Source: Bispira polyomma | Lineage: Eukaryota | Direction: 5' to 3' | Length of the DNA stretch: 64,000 nucleotides | Assembly (NCBI GenBank): GCA_965649765.1 | Contig: OZ287759.1 | Span: 1,860,001-1,924,000 of the forward strand | Shown: in pieces, positions 1 through 14,646 of the stretch | Layout: each line of letters begins with the position of its first letter | Position numbering within the stretch: position 1 is the first letter of the stretch | The notes under the pieces: generated by a model | Databases searched by the model: none | What the model was told of the DNA's origin: nothing | Seen by the model: the letters and a program-made list of their open reading frames with translations, nothing else | Program-made: the position numbers and the translations under genes

Positions 1-2249
1 GTTTCCACCCACACTGTCTGTTGTCAGCTTTATGGCCTTCTAGCCACAGATTGGTGCTTCTGTAACAAGTAACAGCCACACTACTACAAGTGCTGCAATG
101 TGCAATCATAATTGTGGGTTTAAAACATCTCATCAGCTCAGATATTCATTTCCTGATTTGAAACTCTTTGGGTTTTTTTTTCCTCCAGGAAGTAAGCTTT
201 TTGTATATATAAATGTTATTAAGTGCAGCAAATGCTGGGGTGTATGTTCAAGACAAAGCAATTGGCTGGGTAGCTTTGATATTATTGGACATTAGCTTGA
301 TCCATGTTTCTAACATTGATATATTATTACTAAATATAATACTATTAGTGGATATTATCTGCAAGGCATTTTGTGGAAGTTTCAACATTTATACTGCAAA
401 TGAACCAAGATGACATTAGGTTACTGATCTTGATCCAACACATTTATTTTCTTTGACAATTGACGGCCCGCGAGGGGGCCAAAATATTGCTCTTATTGTG
501 AATCAATGGATCAAATCATGGTCCACAGAGTCATCTGTCAGGTACTCGATGGTTTAGTGGTAACAAACTTATCTCCCACCTCTGCACAGGTTCAAATCTC
601 AAACCTGAAGTGCATGTGAAACAAGCTTGCAAAGCATTAAACTTTGACCAACTAAACAGCTTAATCTCCTTTAACATTAAACTTCCCAACGTAATATAAG
701 ACGTGTTGAAAATCAATATTAAACCCAAATTTATCTAATTCATGTCTTAGGTTTTTCACGATGGTGCAAATGTTCTCACACTTTAGGTCACTTGATTATA
801 CTGTGAAAATTCAAAACACAGAGATATTTCTCACATATTATCAATTTTCTCACAATGTGAAATTTTAACTTAAAGCCTTTCAGAATTCACCACAATGTGT
901 GACACAAATGTAACAAACTAACTGTTTCATGTTTTTATTGGATTTGGCTTTGAATGTATTTTCAGTGTTTACTTGTACTTGTTTGTACTTGTTTGTACTT
1001 TGCTGTACTGCTGTACTTTTTATAAAAACAAATAACTCTTTAAATGCAAACAAATAATGTTCTGATGACCACGATGTGCTTGGCTGACTGGATACAATTA
1101 GACTGTGGAGGAAAGAGTCACACAATAGGCATAGTACTTGTGACACACTTTATGACAGTTTATTTGGCAGGTGCAATAAAATAGTACTTTGATCCGACAA
1201 AATATTTGTTATAACAAATAAGCTTTCAAGCTTTTCAATCTCCTTATTTGATTACTTTAGGAAGTGGATATAAAACTCTAACCAGGCATAACTCAATACA
1301 ATTGAAACAAGAATACCAGTTATCTAGCTTCCATTTCATCGGAATATCTGGAACAAAGCAAACAATTCTATGACTAATAGAATATGTATTGTACCGGTTT
1401 TGCTAAAACATATTTTCACTTTGGTTTTAACATATTTAAGTAATCACAACCTTGATAACAAAAGACGATTATTGGTCATATTATAGGTGAGGCCAGGGTT
1501 TAGTCTGGGTGGTCAGGACCCTTCATTTTAAACATTTTTTCAACTACAGCGATCATCATCCTAGCAACCAAAGTCAAACATTGATGCATTCATGTTGACA
1601 ATATATTTTTACAATGCAATTCAAAGCCATAATGTTACATGGCATTTGAAAACAATGAAACAAAAAACACATCCTTTAAAAATGTGAGAGACCCCCCCCC
1701 CCGTCCATCTTAGAGTACCTTGGAACAATTATTCAATGCCTGTATCTTTGACAAATGTCTCGGAGGATGTCAAAAAACGTTCTTTTTGTTTTTAACAAAA
1801 TCAAATTATTTTTGGTTATTGATACAGCACAGTGCATATTATTTCCTGTTTGCAAGGACAAACGAAACAACAATAAAAAATAGAACAATAAACTGTTTTA
1901 AATTCCTGCAAAATATTTTTGGCCATTTTTTTGTCAGATATCATCGCTTTACAACTTCATCACATAAATTACTGTATTAGTATTGCTTTTCAAGCAACAA
2001 AAAATGCCACAAAAAATGTTTTCTATTCCTACCAAAATATTTCAGCCATTTTTTTGGCTCAGTACCTGATAAAAGAAAATACTGTCTTCCTACTTTTCAA
2101 AAAACACTTTTGAAGGAAAAATATCCCTGCAAAACTGATGATATTGCCTGACAATTGGACTGTGAGAATTAGATGCTGTTATGTGACAAAAGTGACATTT
2201 AATAGACAGCTGTAGATGGCATAATGCAATTCTCTGCTATAATGTCACA

Positions 2250-4897
2250 TCACGATGAAATGAAAATGAAACAAAAACACCGCCCTAAACTACCACTCTG
2301 ACTGCACCTGGTATTATAAGAACTACTGTAAAAGGAAAGATACGGGGCAAAATACTTGGAAAAACCAGTGTGAAGAAACTTGTAAACAAGTGCAGCTGTT
2401 TTAAACACTGAGCGATGTTCAACATGGAGCCAATGCAATATTTTTAGAACAGGAGTTATACTGCTGTATCGACTGGTATTTAACACAATTCTAGCTGCAC
2501 TATTTTGAATTTTCTCCCTCTATCGTTTTGAGCCAAAAATTATAAACTCAGTCTTGTCGGGATTAAGTTTAAGCTTACCAGTTGACATCCAGTAGACATC
2601 CAGGCAGTAGATGTAATCTTATGGGAAAATTACACATAAATTTGGGTATCATCTGCACAAAAATTAAACTTAGTACCTTTATATTTGCCAATCACCAATC
2701 TGAGAGGGGCAGCGTATAATGAAAACAACAGAGGACCAAAAACAGAACCTTGGGAAACACCAAACAAGAGTTTACAAAGATCGGACAAAGTAGAACCAAT
2801 TTTTATCGATTGATAACGATCAGTTAAGTAGGAAGTGAACCATTTAAGAACCGAGCCCCCAACTCCGAACCAAGTCTGAAGACAACTAAGACGAGATAAA
2901 TGATTAATGGTATCAAAGGCAGCAGAGAGATTGAGCAACACTAGGGAAGTAGGTTTGCCTCTTGACAAGGATAGGTGAACTATATTTTTATGGACAGAAG
3001 AGCTGTCTCAGTCGAATGAGCTGTTTTATATGCAGACTGGTATAGGTGTCGTGAACAAGGATATGATCTAACAGTTGCTTAGCAACCACACGTTCCACCA
3101 GTTTTGATAGAAAACTAAGACTAGATACAGGGACGATAGTTCTTTAGGTCATCCACCGGAAGAGAAGCCTTCTTAATAAGAGGAGTAACCACAGCTGCTT
3201 TAAAACTATCACGTACATGTCCCTCAATAACAGAGCAGTTTACAAGCTTCATAATGGATGGGAGTAGTGTATCACTACAATCTTTGATGAGCCATGTTGG
3301 CCATGGATCCAACATGCAGGATTTTGTAGGCAAGTTACTAATTTTGTTATTAACAGCATCTTCAGAGAATCTGGTAAAGGCAGTAATTTCTGGAGGATCA
3401 GAAAGAGGAGGAATATCATTTTAGTTCAAGAAAGGGAAAAGGTATCTCTAATTTTCTGAATTTTGTCTGAAAAAAGGAAGCAAGCTTGTCAACTAGTGAC
3501 TTATCAGATTCATCGGATGGGAGTGCTACATTGGAAACCATATTCAGGGTCTTGTGCAGCTCGTGCCACAGCTTCCTGGAGTTGTGACTGTTGTCTGAGA
3601 TAAGTTTGCTATAGTACTCCGACTTATCATCGTTAACAAGTACATTGCACCGAGCAATCTGGCGACGAAGTCGACTTCTATTCAGTCTTGGCCCTTCGCC
3701 AAGTTCTTTCATATTGGCGCCTGAGAAACTTTGCCTATCAGTATGAATCAGAAAGCCAATGCACAGAATCTTTCTTTGACATTATGGAAGTAGGTTTGCC
3801 TCTTGACAAGGATAGGTGAACTATATTTTTATGGACAGAAGAGCTGTCTCAGTCGAATCATCACCCAAGTCATGTACGTATTGTTTATAATGTTTGCCTA
3901 CAGAATTGGCTGGTGACTTAATAAAGGAAGTATTATTGAGATCAGTGCGGAGGTCAGACATGTTTATATGGTGGTATCTCCTATACTGCACTACATTTGG
4001 AATATGAGCCACCTGCTGAGGAGAGGCAATTGAGCATTTGACTAATGCATGATCAGATATATAATCACAGACTTTGACATCCACAATAGTATCCTGATCA
4101 CTAGGAGATAGAATGAGGTCCAGAATGTGACCATGCAGATGGGTGGGCTGTGTAATTTACTGTTTTAGATCACACGAATCAAGAAAGGTCATAAATTTAT
4201 GACCGTCACGAACTGGTGCATCAACATGGATGTTAAAGTTACCACAGATATGATACAAACTGTTAATATATGACAGGAAACCAACAAAAAACATGAATTC
4301 TTCTAAAAACTTACAGGTACATGATCCTGGGGGACAATAGACACAGGCAAGCAACAGTGAGCGGCCATGAAGCCCAATTGACACCACCATGTTTTCAAAG
4401 GAGTGATAGACAGGAGACTCTATTTTATGTGGTCTGAAGGAGGATCTAATGAAGAAACCGACGCCGCCACCAATACATGAGGGACAAGGTGTTTGAGAAA
4501 ACACAAAATCAGGAGGAGTAACTGACTGTAGAAAGCTATCCGTTTCAGATAGACGGACATGGGTCTCAGTAACACAGAGGAAGTCGAGGTCATGCAATGT
4601 CATAATATTAGCAAGAAATGGACCTTTGCTTCTTACAGATCTAGCATTTAGCACACCGAGCGTGTCAGGACCAGGGTTAAGGGATACATCACCGCCCAGT
4701 AATAGTAATGATACAAGACCTCTTCCATTAACGGTGGTTGGAAATTTGTGACATGAACAAGTGTATGAAAAATTGTTGGCAACTTTAGACAATGAGGCAG
4801 CAGATATGTGAGCTACTCTAGGGTGCAACCTCTCATATCTATGAGCAATAGCCACTGCAAACAGTGCCGAAAAAAGGACAACCCATAGGAAAAACAT
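2250..4897 (-). mobile_element. Decayed L2/CR1-group LINE (APE endonuclease + reverse transcriptase), 3' truncated
   Basis: APE motifs LNARS, LCVTET, GGGVG, GNFN and SDH; RT motifs NYRP, LNLSAAFDTINH, GVSQGSVFGP and CADD; C-terminal ITPVL..LHWL. Many stops and frameshifts. Confidence 0.93.
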
Positions 4898-7029
4898 GAC
4901 TAGTGAGGTTATAGAAAAGATGAAGCCCTTAAACTGAACTCAACAGTGGGGGGCCTCAAAAATATGTCCCTACAACGCACCATACAATTCTTCATCTCGT
5001 GAGTGACACACGCGCACCTTAGAACCCCACACTATAGCCTCACCTTAATCTAAGTACAACCACACCAACATATAGCAACATAAAAATCAGACTAATTTAA
5101 AAAAGAAGTGATTGGATACACAATAAAAATAGATACAAAGATATGGCAAAACCGAGTGCCAAATAGGCGGACACAAGTCCTTGATACTGTTTAGCTAAAT
5201 GCGATACGGCCCACTCCGCCAAACAGAGTGGCCGATAATAGGGTATACATGGTATCTGGCTCAATTTACAATATAGAACATCAAAATAAGACAACATCAA
5301 TGTAAAAGGGGTAGAAAAATCATAAATGGTGATAAATAAATGTACAGACGTAACCAAACCGACGATCTTTTACAAAATTTTGTGGTATTTTTTCCGTAGC
5401 GGTCTTCCTCCGGTGCATGCTAAAATGGTATATTGCAGTGTAAGTTTATGTAATATCAAAAAATAACATTAGAATAAATTTAATAGGTTGGGTGACTCTA
5501 TTTTGTAGAAATCTTTGTAACAATGAATACTAATATTCCAAGGAATTTAATAGATCAAGTGATCATGTTTTTAGAGGTCCCTGTGTAATAGTAAATTATA
5601 AGTAATTAACTAGGTTGAGTGATTTTGTTTTGCATGGATTTAAACTTCAGTTATAAGATAACATGAATTACTCCGAACATGCATTTATTTTTTATTCACT
5701 ATACAATATACTGATATTTATTCAACAGACCCAAGAGGAATTTCTGAAAATAAGTATGACATGCTAAAGTGTAATAAAAGTGTAATAAGTGTTATTGCCT
5801 TTTTACCACCTCAAGTTAAGTAATCTCCTGATATGGCACCCCTAATTCCATGCTAGTAAGGCCAATTCGATTAACATCGGTCAGTTGATGGTCGGCATTT
5901 ATTAGTTATATTTGCTGTATTTGCCGTGTCTCACCAATATGGGTTCGAATGCCACTCGTTCTTTCATTTATGAAAGATTGGCAGATGTCATAGGACATTA
6001 GATTACTGTGCTTCAGCACTGGCCTATAGTTTCTATAGTGACATGACCTAAGTTAGTTTTAAAACCTACAGATTTGATCAAGATAGGAAGTTTACTGTTT
6101 ACTGTACAGCATAGTTGGTCAAGATTTATGTGACTTAAATCACCCACTTTGAATGAAGTCTACTGCACACTTTCCCTTATATATACCATGCCCGAGAAGA
6201 TAATATATTTAGACACTATTATACATTTAAACATTCTTTATATATTGTATTATACCTGTTTCTGTTGGGGTTTTTTCCACATGTTTATACAGCCATATTA
6301 TTGAACAGTTTTACCAAAGTATAAATGATATATATCTATAATATACATAGAAATAATGTATATACCCTAAAATAATAGTTTGCTATAAAAATGAAGCAAT
6401 TTATTCACTTGTGTTTTCCGTCTATATGTACCAAACTGTCCAATGGTTTGAATAATTAAGCCCCCCATGGCACTAACACAACTTTAAATTAATTTATGAG
6501 TTTCCAAGAGAAATGCCAAAGCTCTAGCTGTGAGCGGCCAGCACCCATAAAATTAACCAATCGGAAAATACAGACAAGGGGAAAATGTTCCTTGTGGAAG
6601 GAAGTAGTCAAATATCTGCCCCCGCACACAGAGAATGTACTTTCTTGGGGTGTGTGATAATCATTGTTAACTGCCCTAACATTCATGAAGAAAAGGTCAA
6701 CTAATAAATACACAGTGAGTTATTGCAATGGTTACCCAGTAGTCATGACCCTGGATAAATTATCTTGTCCAAGAAGGAATATATTTTCAAAAAATATAGA
6801 CTAAATATCTATTAAGATTAACAAATTAGTTTTGTTCTTGGAAAGACAAACAAGCTTTAGATTGATAGATGTTCTAAATGGATTAAAATATTAAAATGTT
6901 GTGGAATTCGAATGGCATCATTCCAATAAAACTAAGAAGGTTGATTCCTTTTACAGCAGGGGTTTACTTAGGCTGGTGAATTAGTGGGATTACCTCCAAT
7001 CTTATTATTTTCATACTAGCGAAAAAGAC

Positions 7030-8225
7030 CTAAAAAGTCTTAATGCTAAGATTTGCATATTAAGAAGTAACAATTAGTAACAACAATAGTATTTCTTATT
7101 TTAATTAGTAACAACAATTATATAACCTATATAACCATATTTATTTTTTAACTCTTTTGGGTAATCACAACTACCCTGTCAAGTCACCAGCTCACACTAA
7201 GGTCACCTTGATGCACCAGTACAGAATCCGATTAGGATGACAAATGAGGCCTTTTTGGACTTGACAGACCGGATTTGCTTTATATTACAAGATTTGTTGA
7301 CTAAGCTAAAGACACTTGTCATATCTGGGCCTTATGGGAGGCTTATAGGCACAAATAAAAGTGCTACTTTTATGTGTTAGCTACAAGTGATTGATAAGCT
7401 ATTATATGTTGTTTTTCGAGCCGGCATCCAGACAAGTGTGTTTGCAGCGGCTGCCTAAGTTTGTTCACGATAGGTTTTAGAAGCTGAGGAAGTAAGTAAT
7501 TGGCCCACAGATTGCTTAACATGATTCGGATGCAATGACATAATCCAATTTCACTTGAAAGCTGTAGGTTTGTTGATACACCTGTACTGGGGTTATATTA
7601 TCCTATGAAATTTTTCGTATCAGATTTATAGATTATAAAATATTTGATGTTTTCTTGTAAAAACTGTTTTCACTTCCACTGTTTATTTTTTTGTTATTCA
7701 CACCTCTTTATTCCGAGCAAGTATTAATTACCAACAAAATTAAATATTCCAATTCATATATCCAAATAATAACTTTTACTGATGATTACCTTTTGATTCA
7801 TTTTTTATCTTATGAGTTTATATAATGTATTTATTATCTCTGCATGGGAGGTTATATTTTGCCTAATGACCATTGGGTTGTTTCTCACCTGGATTACTAC
7901 TGAACTAATATTAGTTTAAAATATGTAATTTGATTCAAGAAAGAACTTTGGAGTCAATCCGAGTATAAAATCGGGTGATGAGTATAATTTTATTGGACTT
8001 TGAACTTTCGTCTAATAGTCTGGAATTCCCACACAAAGGCACTTTGTTTTATATGACAAGATTTGTTTGCTAAGCTAAAGACTCTCATCATATATGAGAC
8101 CAATAGAAGGCTTGTCTCTTTGAAAGGCACTGATAAAGATGTTACTTTTATGTGTCAGCTGCAATTTGATAAGATTCTACACAGCATGTCTACATGTCTT
8201 AAAGTCGCTCAGGGACTAGATAAAT
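7030..8225 (+). repeat. Old local repeat unit, similar to about 10990-12150 and to counterparts in duplication copy B
   Basis: The block gatgacaaa..ttggacttgacag.ccggatttgc..caagatttgtt.actaag.taaagacacttgtcatatc occurs at ~7237, ~11118, ~60540 and ~62923, and partially at ~8055. Confidence 0.7.
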
Positions 8226-8639
8226 CATCAGTTTCCTGTTGTTGTCTAATTTTTTATAAGTATTTAATTCATTGTCTATATTAGTAAAATCGTAATGCAT
8301 GCTATAGTCATTTGTAAATTGGCTTATAGCCAAATCACTTAACTTTAACTTAAAATGCTTATAGTTATGTTGATGCACAATGAGTGCATCATATGTAAAC
8401 CTCAACTAGTACGAAAATAATATGTTATAGTGTTCAATCAAAACTTGTATATAATCTAGTGTTAGATGTTAATTTTAGTGTATATGTGTAGAACTAATAA
8501 AGCCCAAAAAGTGCCTTTATGTGACTTGGTGTTTCTGTCCTTGTTTCTCTGACTTACATCATAAAAACCAATGAATGCTTACAGATATTCATACTTCAAT
8601 GGAATGACTTGGACTGTGGTCTGCAGCAATTCCACACAA

Positions 8640-9300
8640 ACAGGTGGCTCAGTTTGTGAGCACTTAAATATATATTTTGGCTATAAGATATATTATATTA
8701 AAGAAATGATAGAGTCAAGTGTGTGGTACCCAAAAAGTATATCACATTCTCTATGCTTATTTTGATACATTTTTTAATAATAAATAGTTGTATTTTATTC
8801 CACCAATAATTGCTTTTAACACAGTAAAACATTAGGTGTGTTTCATCTTCTAAATTATTTACAAGCCCACAATGGAGACTATCTTTAAAGCCCAATAACA
8901 CATTAAGAATCCTATATTAGAACCAGATAATGGTATTATCTGGAATGCAATCAAAACCTATGTCAAAAACCAATTTTCAGCCTGATGAATCTGCTCTACA
9001 CCCTAAGATTTTATCCCATTTTTGCTTGAGTAATAGCCACGATGGTGCAACATTAGGAAAATAGCCTTAAAATTTCTCTCAATCTGGGGCCTTAATTATC
9101 AAAGGTTTAAACTTAAAATAAATCTCAAACGCCACATACAAAGATTTCCTTATTAATGCAAATCACTTTAACATGTTTAGAGCTTTGAGTAAGAAACTAA
9201 AATATTTAGTCAGATTAGAGATATATTACTTGTACACAAAGATACAGTATGACAGATGGTGATATTGCAAGTCTCCTTAGCCTCAGAGACATCAGAGTAC
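8640..9300 (-). mobile_element. Tx1/L1-like LINE ORF2 C-terminal remnant (absent from duplication copy B)
   Basis: WF*YRIL...HCGLVNNLEDETHLMFYC...WNKIQ resembles the C-terminal zinc-knuckle region of L1/Tx1 ORF2. Boundaries are approximate. Confidence 0.6.
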
Positions 9301-10249
9301 TTCTGTCAGAAGATGAAATTATTTTTATGCTGGAATATTTTTGTGTAAAATAGTCTCTTTATTGTTATACCGCACAATTATTTATAATTGCACATCTGTC
9401 ATTTAGTTGACCCAATTTATATGTATATATTGTAACTGTACTTTGAGTACGAATGTATAATAAAACAAATAAATAATTTGAGTTACAGTTTAACAGATTT
9501 GATAAATACACTCACAGTGACATTTGGGATACAATGTCACAGGGAACATGATACAACATTTTTCTATATTAATAAAACTTTGGTATGGTCAGGATGGTAA
9601 AATACTCCCAGGAACAGACAAAAACATTCCATGTCAGTTATCAATTCTCATCCCACTGATTTAAAATGTAATAACTCAATGAAGCAGAATAAAAACAAGA
9701 GCCAATTATTGATACTTGTTTTGACAACACATGAACAGAAACTATTATCAAGGCCACGGACATTGAGAAAGTTTACACAAATCAGGTTATAAGATGACCT
9801 CAAACTAACTGAAGTAAGCTTTAACTGTAGACTTGTTAACAATTAGTTTTGTTCTTCGAAAAGGGAACGTAATACAGAATGACACAAATCTAAATTGAAA
9901 AAAAAAATTAAACTGACATTCAAGTATGAAACAAAAATAAAAGATGTCCCTGAACATTGTTAAATACCAAATATTCAATAATGTATCTCTCTAGAGAGTC
10001 AGATGCCTAATGCTTACAGACAGAGGAATTATCTCAGCCACTGATGTGGTAATATTTTGACGTGTAATTTGAGAGCTATTGTTATAATCTGGGGACGGTT
10101 TGTATAATCTTTATAAAAAGGACTCTTAAGATGGTAATGTTACGTGAAGGGATCAAAGATGCAGGCATTGGAAGATTTTTTATTACCCGCACCAAGGATA
10201 TTATTTCTTCACCAATTTCACTTGGTTGTTTTGTTTGTATTATACAAAA

Positions 10250-10372
10250 CTTTCACTGGCCTCTCACCAATGTGGGACAGTTTGTCGGGTACTTGGCAGG
10301 ACACTGGTTTATTCCACCATTAAATTTGGCCGTCTTCAAATGACTGAAGCTGTTGAAAGGGACGTAAAACCT
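10250..10372 (+). mobile_element. SINE remnant (3' part); second copy at about 62170-62290
   Basis: 3' end gctgttgaaagggacgtaaaacc matches the tail of the SINE at 19049-19208. Confidence 0.55.
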
Positions 10373-13300
10373 GACTATTTTCAAATTCACATAAATACAC
10401 AAACATAATAAGTAGACATGATCTAATGAAGAATCCATTGAAGTCTGGCAGATCTAGAAATTTGTTATCCAGTTTCCAGCTAAATCTCTTTTAACGGAAT
10501 TTTTTACATTGTGATTTTTTTTTCTCAAGCATGTTAACAAGTTAAAATAGTGTAAAACAGTGTAAATATTGTTTATATCACTTTAGTTCTTCTATGATTT
10601 GAGCATGATTTTTACATTCCTTTGGGGTTAGCTATTTTCTTGTGTTTCAGTTTAAATTGAAGATTGAAAACCATTACAGAGTTGTGTTCCGATGCCAAGG
10701 CGCAACAAAAAAGTGAGACAAATATAAAGTTTGATCCCTGAGATAACAAACAAACAAACAAACAAAAACATAACCTCTTTGGCAGAGAGGTAATAATAAA
10801 GACCGGAAAAGGGGTAACCATGTTTGTTAGATTTGAATAATTTGGTCAATTAAAGACATCTTTGTAATAAAACAAAAATAGCTTGGTTCCCTTTGCAGCA
10901 GTTATGCCAAAACAGTACAAACCCATAACAAAAGGTTTACTGAGTACAGCTTGTGAAGTAATGTTTTTATCACCAATCTTATTACTTGAAAAAAGAAGAT
11001 ACACGTAGCCTTATAACTAAGAAATATATATTAAGAACTACACAACTAGCAACAACAATTAACCTTTATAAACATAGATTTATATTTTCATCTATTTATC
11101 ATGTCTTTTTAAATTAGGATGACAAACGAGCCCTATTTGGACTTGACAGGCCGGATTTGCTTCTTATTGCAAGATTTGTTCACTAAGTTAAAGACACTTG
11201 TCATATCTTGGTCCTATGAGAGGCATATCTTTTTGATAGGCACAAATAAAAGTGCTACTTTTATGTGTCAGCTGCCATTTGATAAGATTCTACGTAACAT
11301 GTCTTAAAGTCACTCAGGGGCTAGATAAATCAAATTTTTGTTGAATATTATTGTTTTTATTATTATGGTATATTTGGTAAGGGTCTCATGTTTGCGCAAA
11401 GAGACCTATTGAAATTTTAATGAAACAGAACAAATTTTGGGCACACAAATGGATAGGGATACTCAACTGTATTCGTTTTTCCAACAGCCTATAATATAAG
11501 CTATGGGATGTTGTTTTTGGGTAAGCATACAGAAAAGTGTATTTGCAGGGGATGCTAAAGTTTGTTCATGATAGGTTTCAGAAGCTAAAGAAGTTAGTAT
11601 TTGGCCCACAGATTGTGTAGTGTGATTAGGTTGCAATAACATGATCTGATTTCACTTGAAAGCTGGATGTTTGTTGATGGACTATAGATGTTATATTCTC
11701 TGATAACATTTTTACATCACTTATACAGATTTTTAAAGATTTAATGCATGTTTTTTCACTTCCACTGTTTTTAAAAATATTGTTTTCACACTTTGTATTG
11801 CGACCAGAAAGGTCAACTGGGCTGGTGTCTATTTTATATGGCATTTAAGTATAAATTACCAACAAAATTAAATATTCCAATTCATATAGTCACCATCAAA
11901 AGCTTACTGCTGATTACCTTTTAATTCATTTTTTTCATCTGATGAGTTTATATAGTGCATTTATTGCATCAGGGGGTTTGTCCTGCCAATTGGGTTGTTT
12001 GTCACCAGGACAACAACTGAACCAATTTTCCAATTCCATTTTAGTTTAAAATATGTAATATGGTTTAAGAAAGAACTTTGGAGCAAGTACGAGTAGAAAA
12101 TGGAATGCAATTATTTAGTATCATTTTATTTTACATTAAACTTTCGTCTCATCCCAATCTGAGATTGAGACTTAGATGACCGTTTCTGATTAGAGGTCTT
12201 CTTATCTCATTAGGTCCCCAGTGTTACAGGCTAATGAACCATTGGGAAGAGTTGACAAAAAGGTGTTGACAAAAGTGTCAAACTTTTTTTCTGATTTATA
12301 AAATTGCTATTTTATCATAGTCTCTAAAGACAGGTGACATATCTGGGCTACTGATGTAAAAAGTCTGCTGTTGTGTAGATGGGGCAACAGTCAAAGTTCT
12401 GTGGACTAAATAAATTGTATTTTAAGTGTAGTTTCAACTAATAATCTATTTTTTTTAATTCATTTATAATTCAGTTTGAATAAACCCTTGTTAGGTCAAT
12501 CTCGTGATCTAATTAATAAGTCATAATGAATGATATATTTGTTGTACCTTACCACAGTTTTATGTACATAGTAGTAAAATGTTCACTCAGTATATAGCTT
12601 GGTTTTGTTCCCTCCCCTTAGTTACCTCCCCTTAGCTCCCTCCTTGTATACCCCCACATCCTTCCTTATGACCATGCTTTGTTTGTGGATTTCTCTATTG
12701 GTTATCTGGGTCTGTTTTTGCAGTTTAGAAGATCATTATGGTTCATTCAAAATCCATAACACAATACAATATCGGCAAGTCTGATCTTGAAACAAATATG
12801 TATTGTCAGCAATTATGTATTGTTTGTAAAAAATAATATAATTAACATTAAATAAATATTTCTCTTTAATGCATCTTGGAATATACAACGAAAACTTTAT
12901 TATTGTAAACAACAATTTATTAGCAACGAAAGTAATATTTAGTGGCTACAAAATAGTGCAAACGGGAAATATATCTGTTGTCATACAACAAAAATATGTA
13001 AGAGGCCAGTGACTGCGACGCAGGTGCTTCTCACCACTAGATTAACCCCTCATGGGTTAGAAGAAGGTGTGCAACGCTATCTCAAGTGAGAAATTTAGGG
13101 GTAAAATATTAATACCTTTAAGGACCTTGTCAGTCAGCAGTCGACGTCTATGTCATGAAACCCGCCATGAAACGTTGTGACGTCATGAAAGTGGGTCAAA
13201 GTATTCTCCCTAGGCATAGGAAAATGACTCTCCATGGGAGGCGAAAGTGGTGATGAGGTCAGTTTCTTCGTCTTGGTAGAGTGAATACTATCATTTGCAC

Positions 13301-14227
13301 TGTAATCACTCTAGACTGACTAGTGGCCAGAACATGTGCAGAACAACTTAACTAAAGACAGAGACAAATATATCTTGGTACACATAAGAGACCAGTGGTA
13401 CTTCTAGGAACATAATAGACAGACTTAGCTACTAACTTGGCCAGCATTCCAATGAACAGAAGGAATTCAACGCCAGGTGAAATGAAAGTCAAGTACTTTC
13501 ATTAGTTAGAGCTTCAGCTAGAATAGTTTGATGTCATTTGCAGGGGCAAAAAATTGTTAGAAAGCATTGTGTGGGAACCAAAGAAGATGCGATAGGTTAA
13601 ATGTCCACAGGATGCATTATATGATTACATTATGATTTATACTGGTTTTGTCTGTCTAAAAATTTGACAGTTTTATTGTTTAGAAGCTTTACTAACGTGT
13701 ATTTGTACTGATCAACTTTTAACTGTAATTATTATTATAGTTTAAATTTTCATCAATCAAACAAAAAAATCTTCATTAATGTGGTAAGTGACAATTTACA
13801 TTTATACAATATTTTCAAAGGTATGACACCGAATATATTTGCAAAATTTAATGACGGTTTGTTTATTTTTTAAATAAAACAATTTGGTGTGTCATAATTT
13901 TTAAAGAGAAAAAAGTAACTTAATGCATTGATTTCTAGTAATATGTCATTGATTTCCAGTTATTATATGTCAAACAGCAGCTCACTTGGGTAAACCCACT
14001 GACACAGAGTATAATCAATGGCATGTCACCCATTATAGCAGGACTTAATAAATAGTAAAAGTAAAATTTTACAACTTCTATTTTCGGTAAATGTAAAGTA
14101 TTCTGTATGTGGTTGAATGGTTGTTCCTCAAGTACAGTAGCTGACATATTTTTATAACATTCTGCAACAGTGCACTGTGAAAAATAACAGTTCCATGATC
14201 AGTCTAAGTATTGGCAGGTTGTAATAC

Positions 14228-14400
14228 CCGTGGCCTAGTTGTTCGGGAGTGGCCTGGTGATCAGAAGGTCTCCGGTTCAACTTCTACCGGGGTAGATGGT
14301 CTGGTGATAGGAGGTTCTCCGGTTTGACTCCTCCTAACTAATGCTGATAAATTCAACCTTGGGCAAGATGTGAACACATCATTGCCTACTGATGATTACC
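14228..14400 (+). mobile_element. tRNA-derived SINE head, degenerate
   Basis: A-box-like gtggcctagttg, B-box-like ggttcaactt/ggtttgactcc, followed by ccttgggcaag. Confidence 0.5.
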
Positions 14401-14554
14401 TACTACTTTGTTGTAGGACACATGATTAGTTGATTGATTCGTTTTCTGTGTTCTAGAAGATGTCTTACATCAATAAAGCATGTTAAAAATACATAATACA
14501 GTACCATTTTAATTTATAATACTTACAGCAGTTGTTGAACACGTCCAGATTGCG

Positions 14555-14555
<1 letters not shown>

Positions 14556-14646
<91 letters not shown>
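14556..14646. repeat. (TA)n microsatellite
   Basis: About 45 TA units with one CA interruption. Confidence 0.99.

Larger units (their letters stand above)
575..11215 (+). repeat. Segmental duplication, copy A (direct repeat of about 53835-63010)
   Basis: Colinear high similarity throughout, e.g. ctcccacctctg at 575 and 53834, a shared LINE truncation point at ~2250 and ~56134, and gacacttgtcatat at ~11193 and ~62989. Large indels distinguish the copies. Confidence 0.93.

Noticed and set aside
98-2113. Short ORFs in AT-rich flanks (also most 60-90 aa ORFs at 5-17 kb and 45-56 kb)
   Set aside because: No motifs, many non-ATG starts, and frames not preserved between the duplicated copies.
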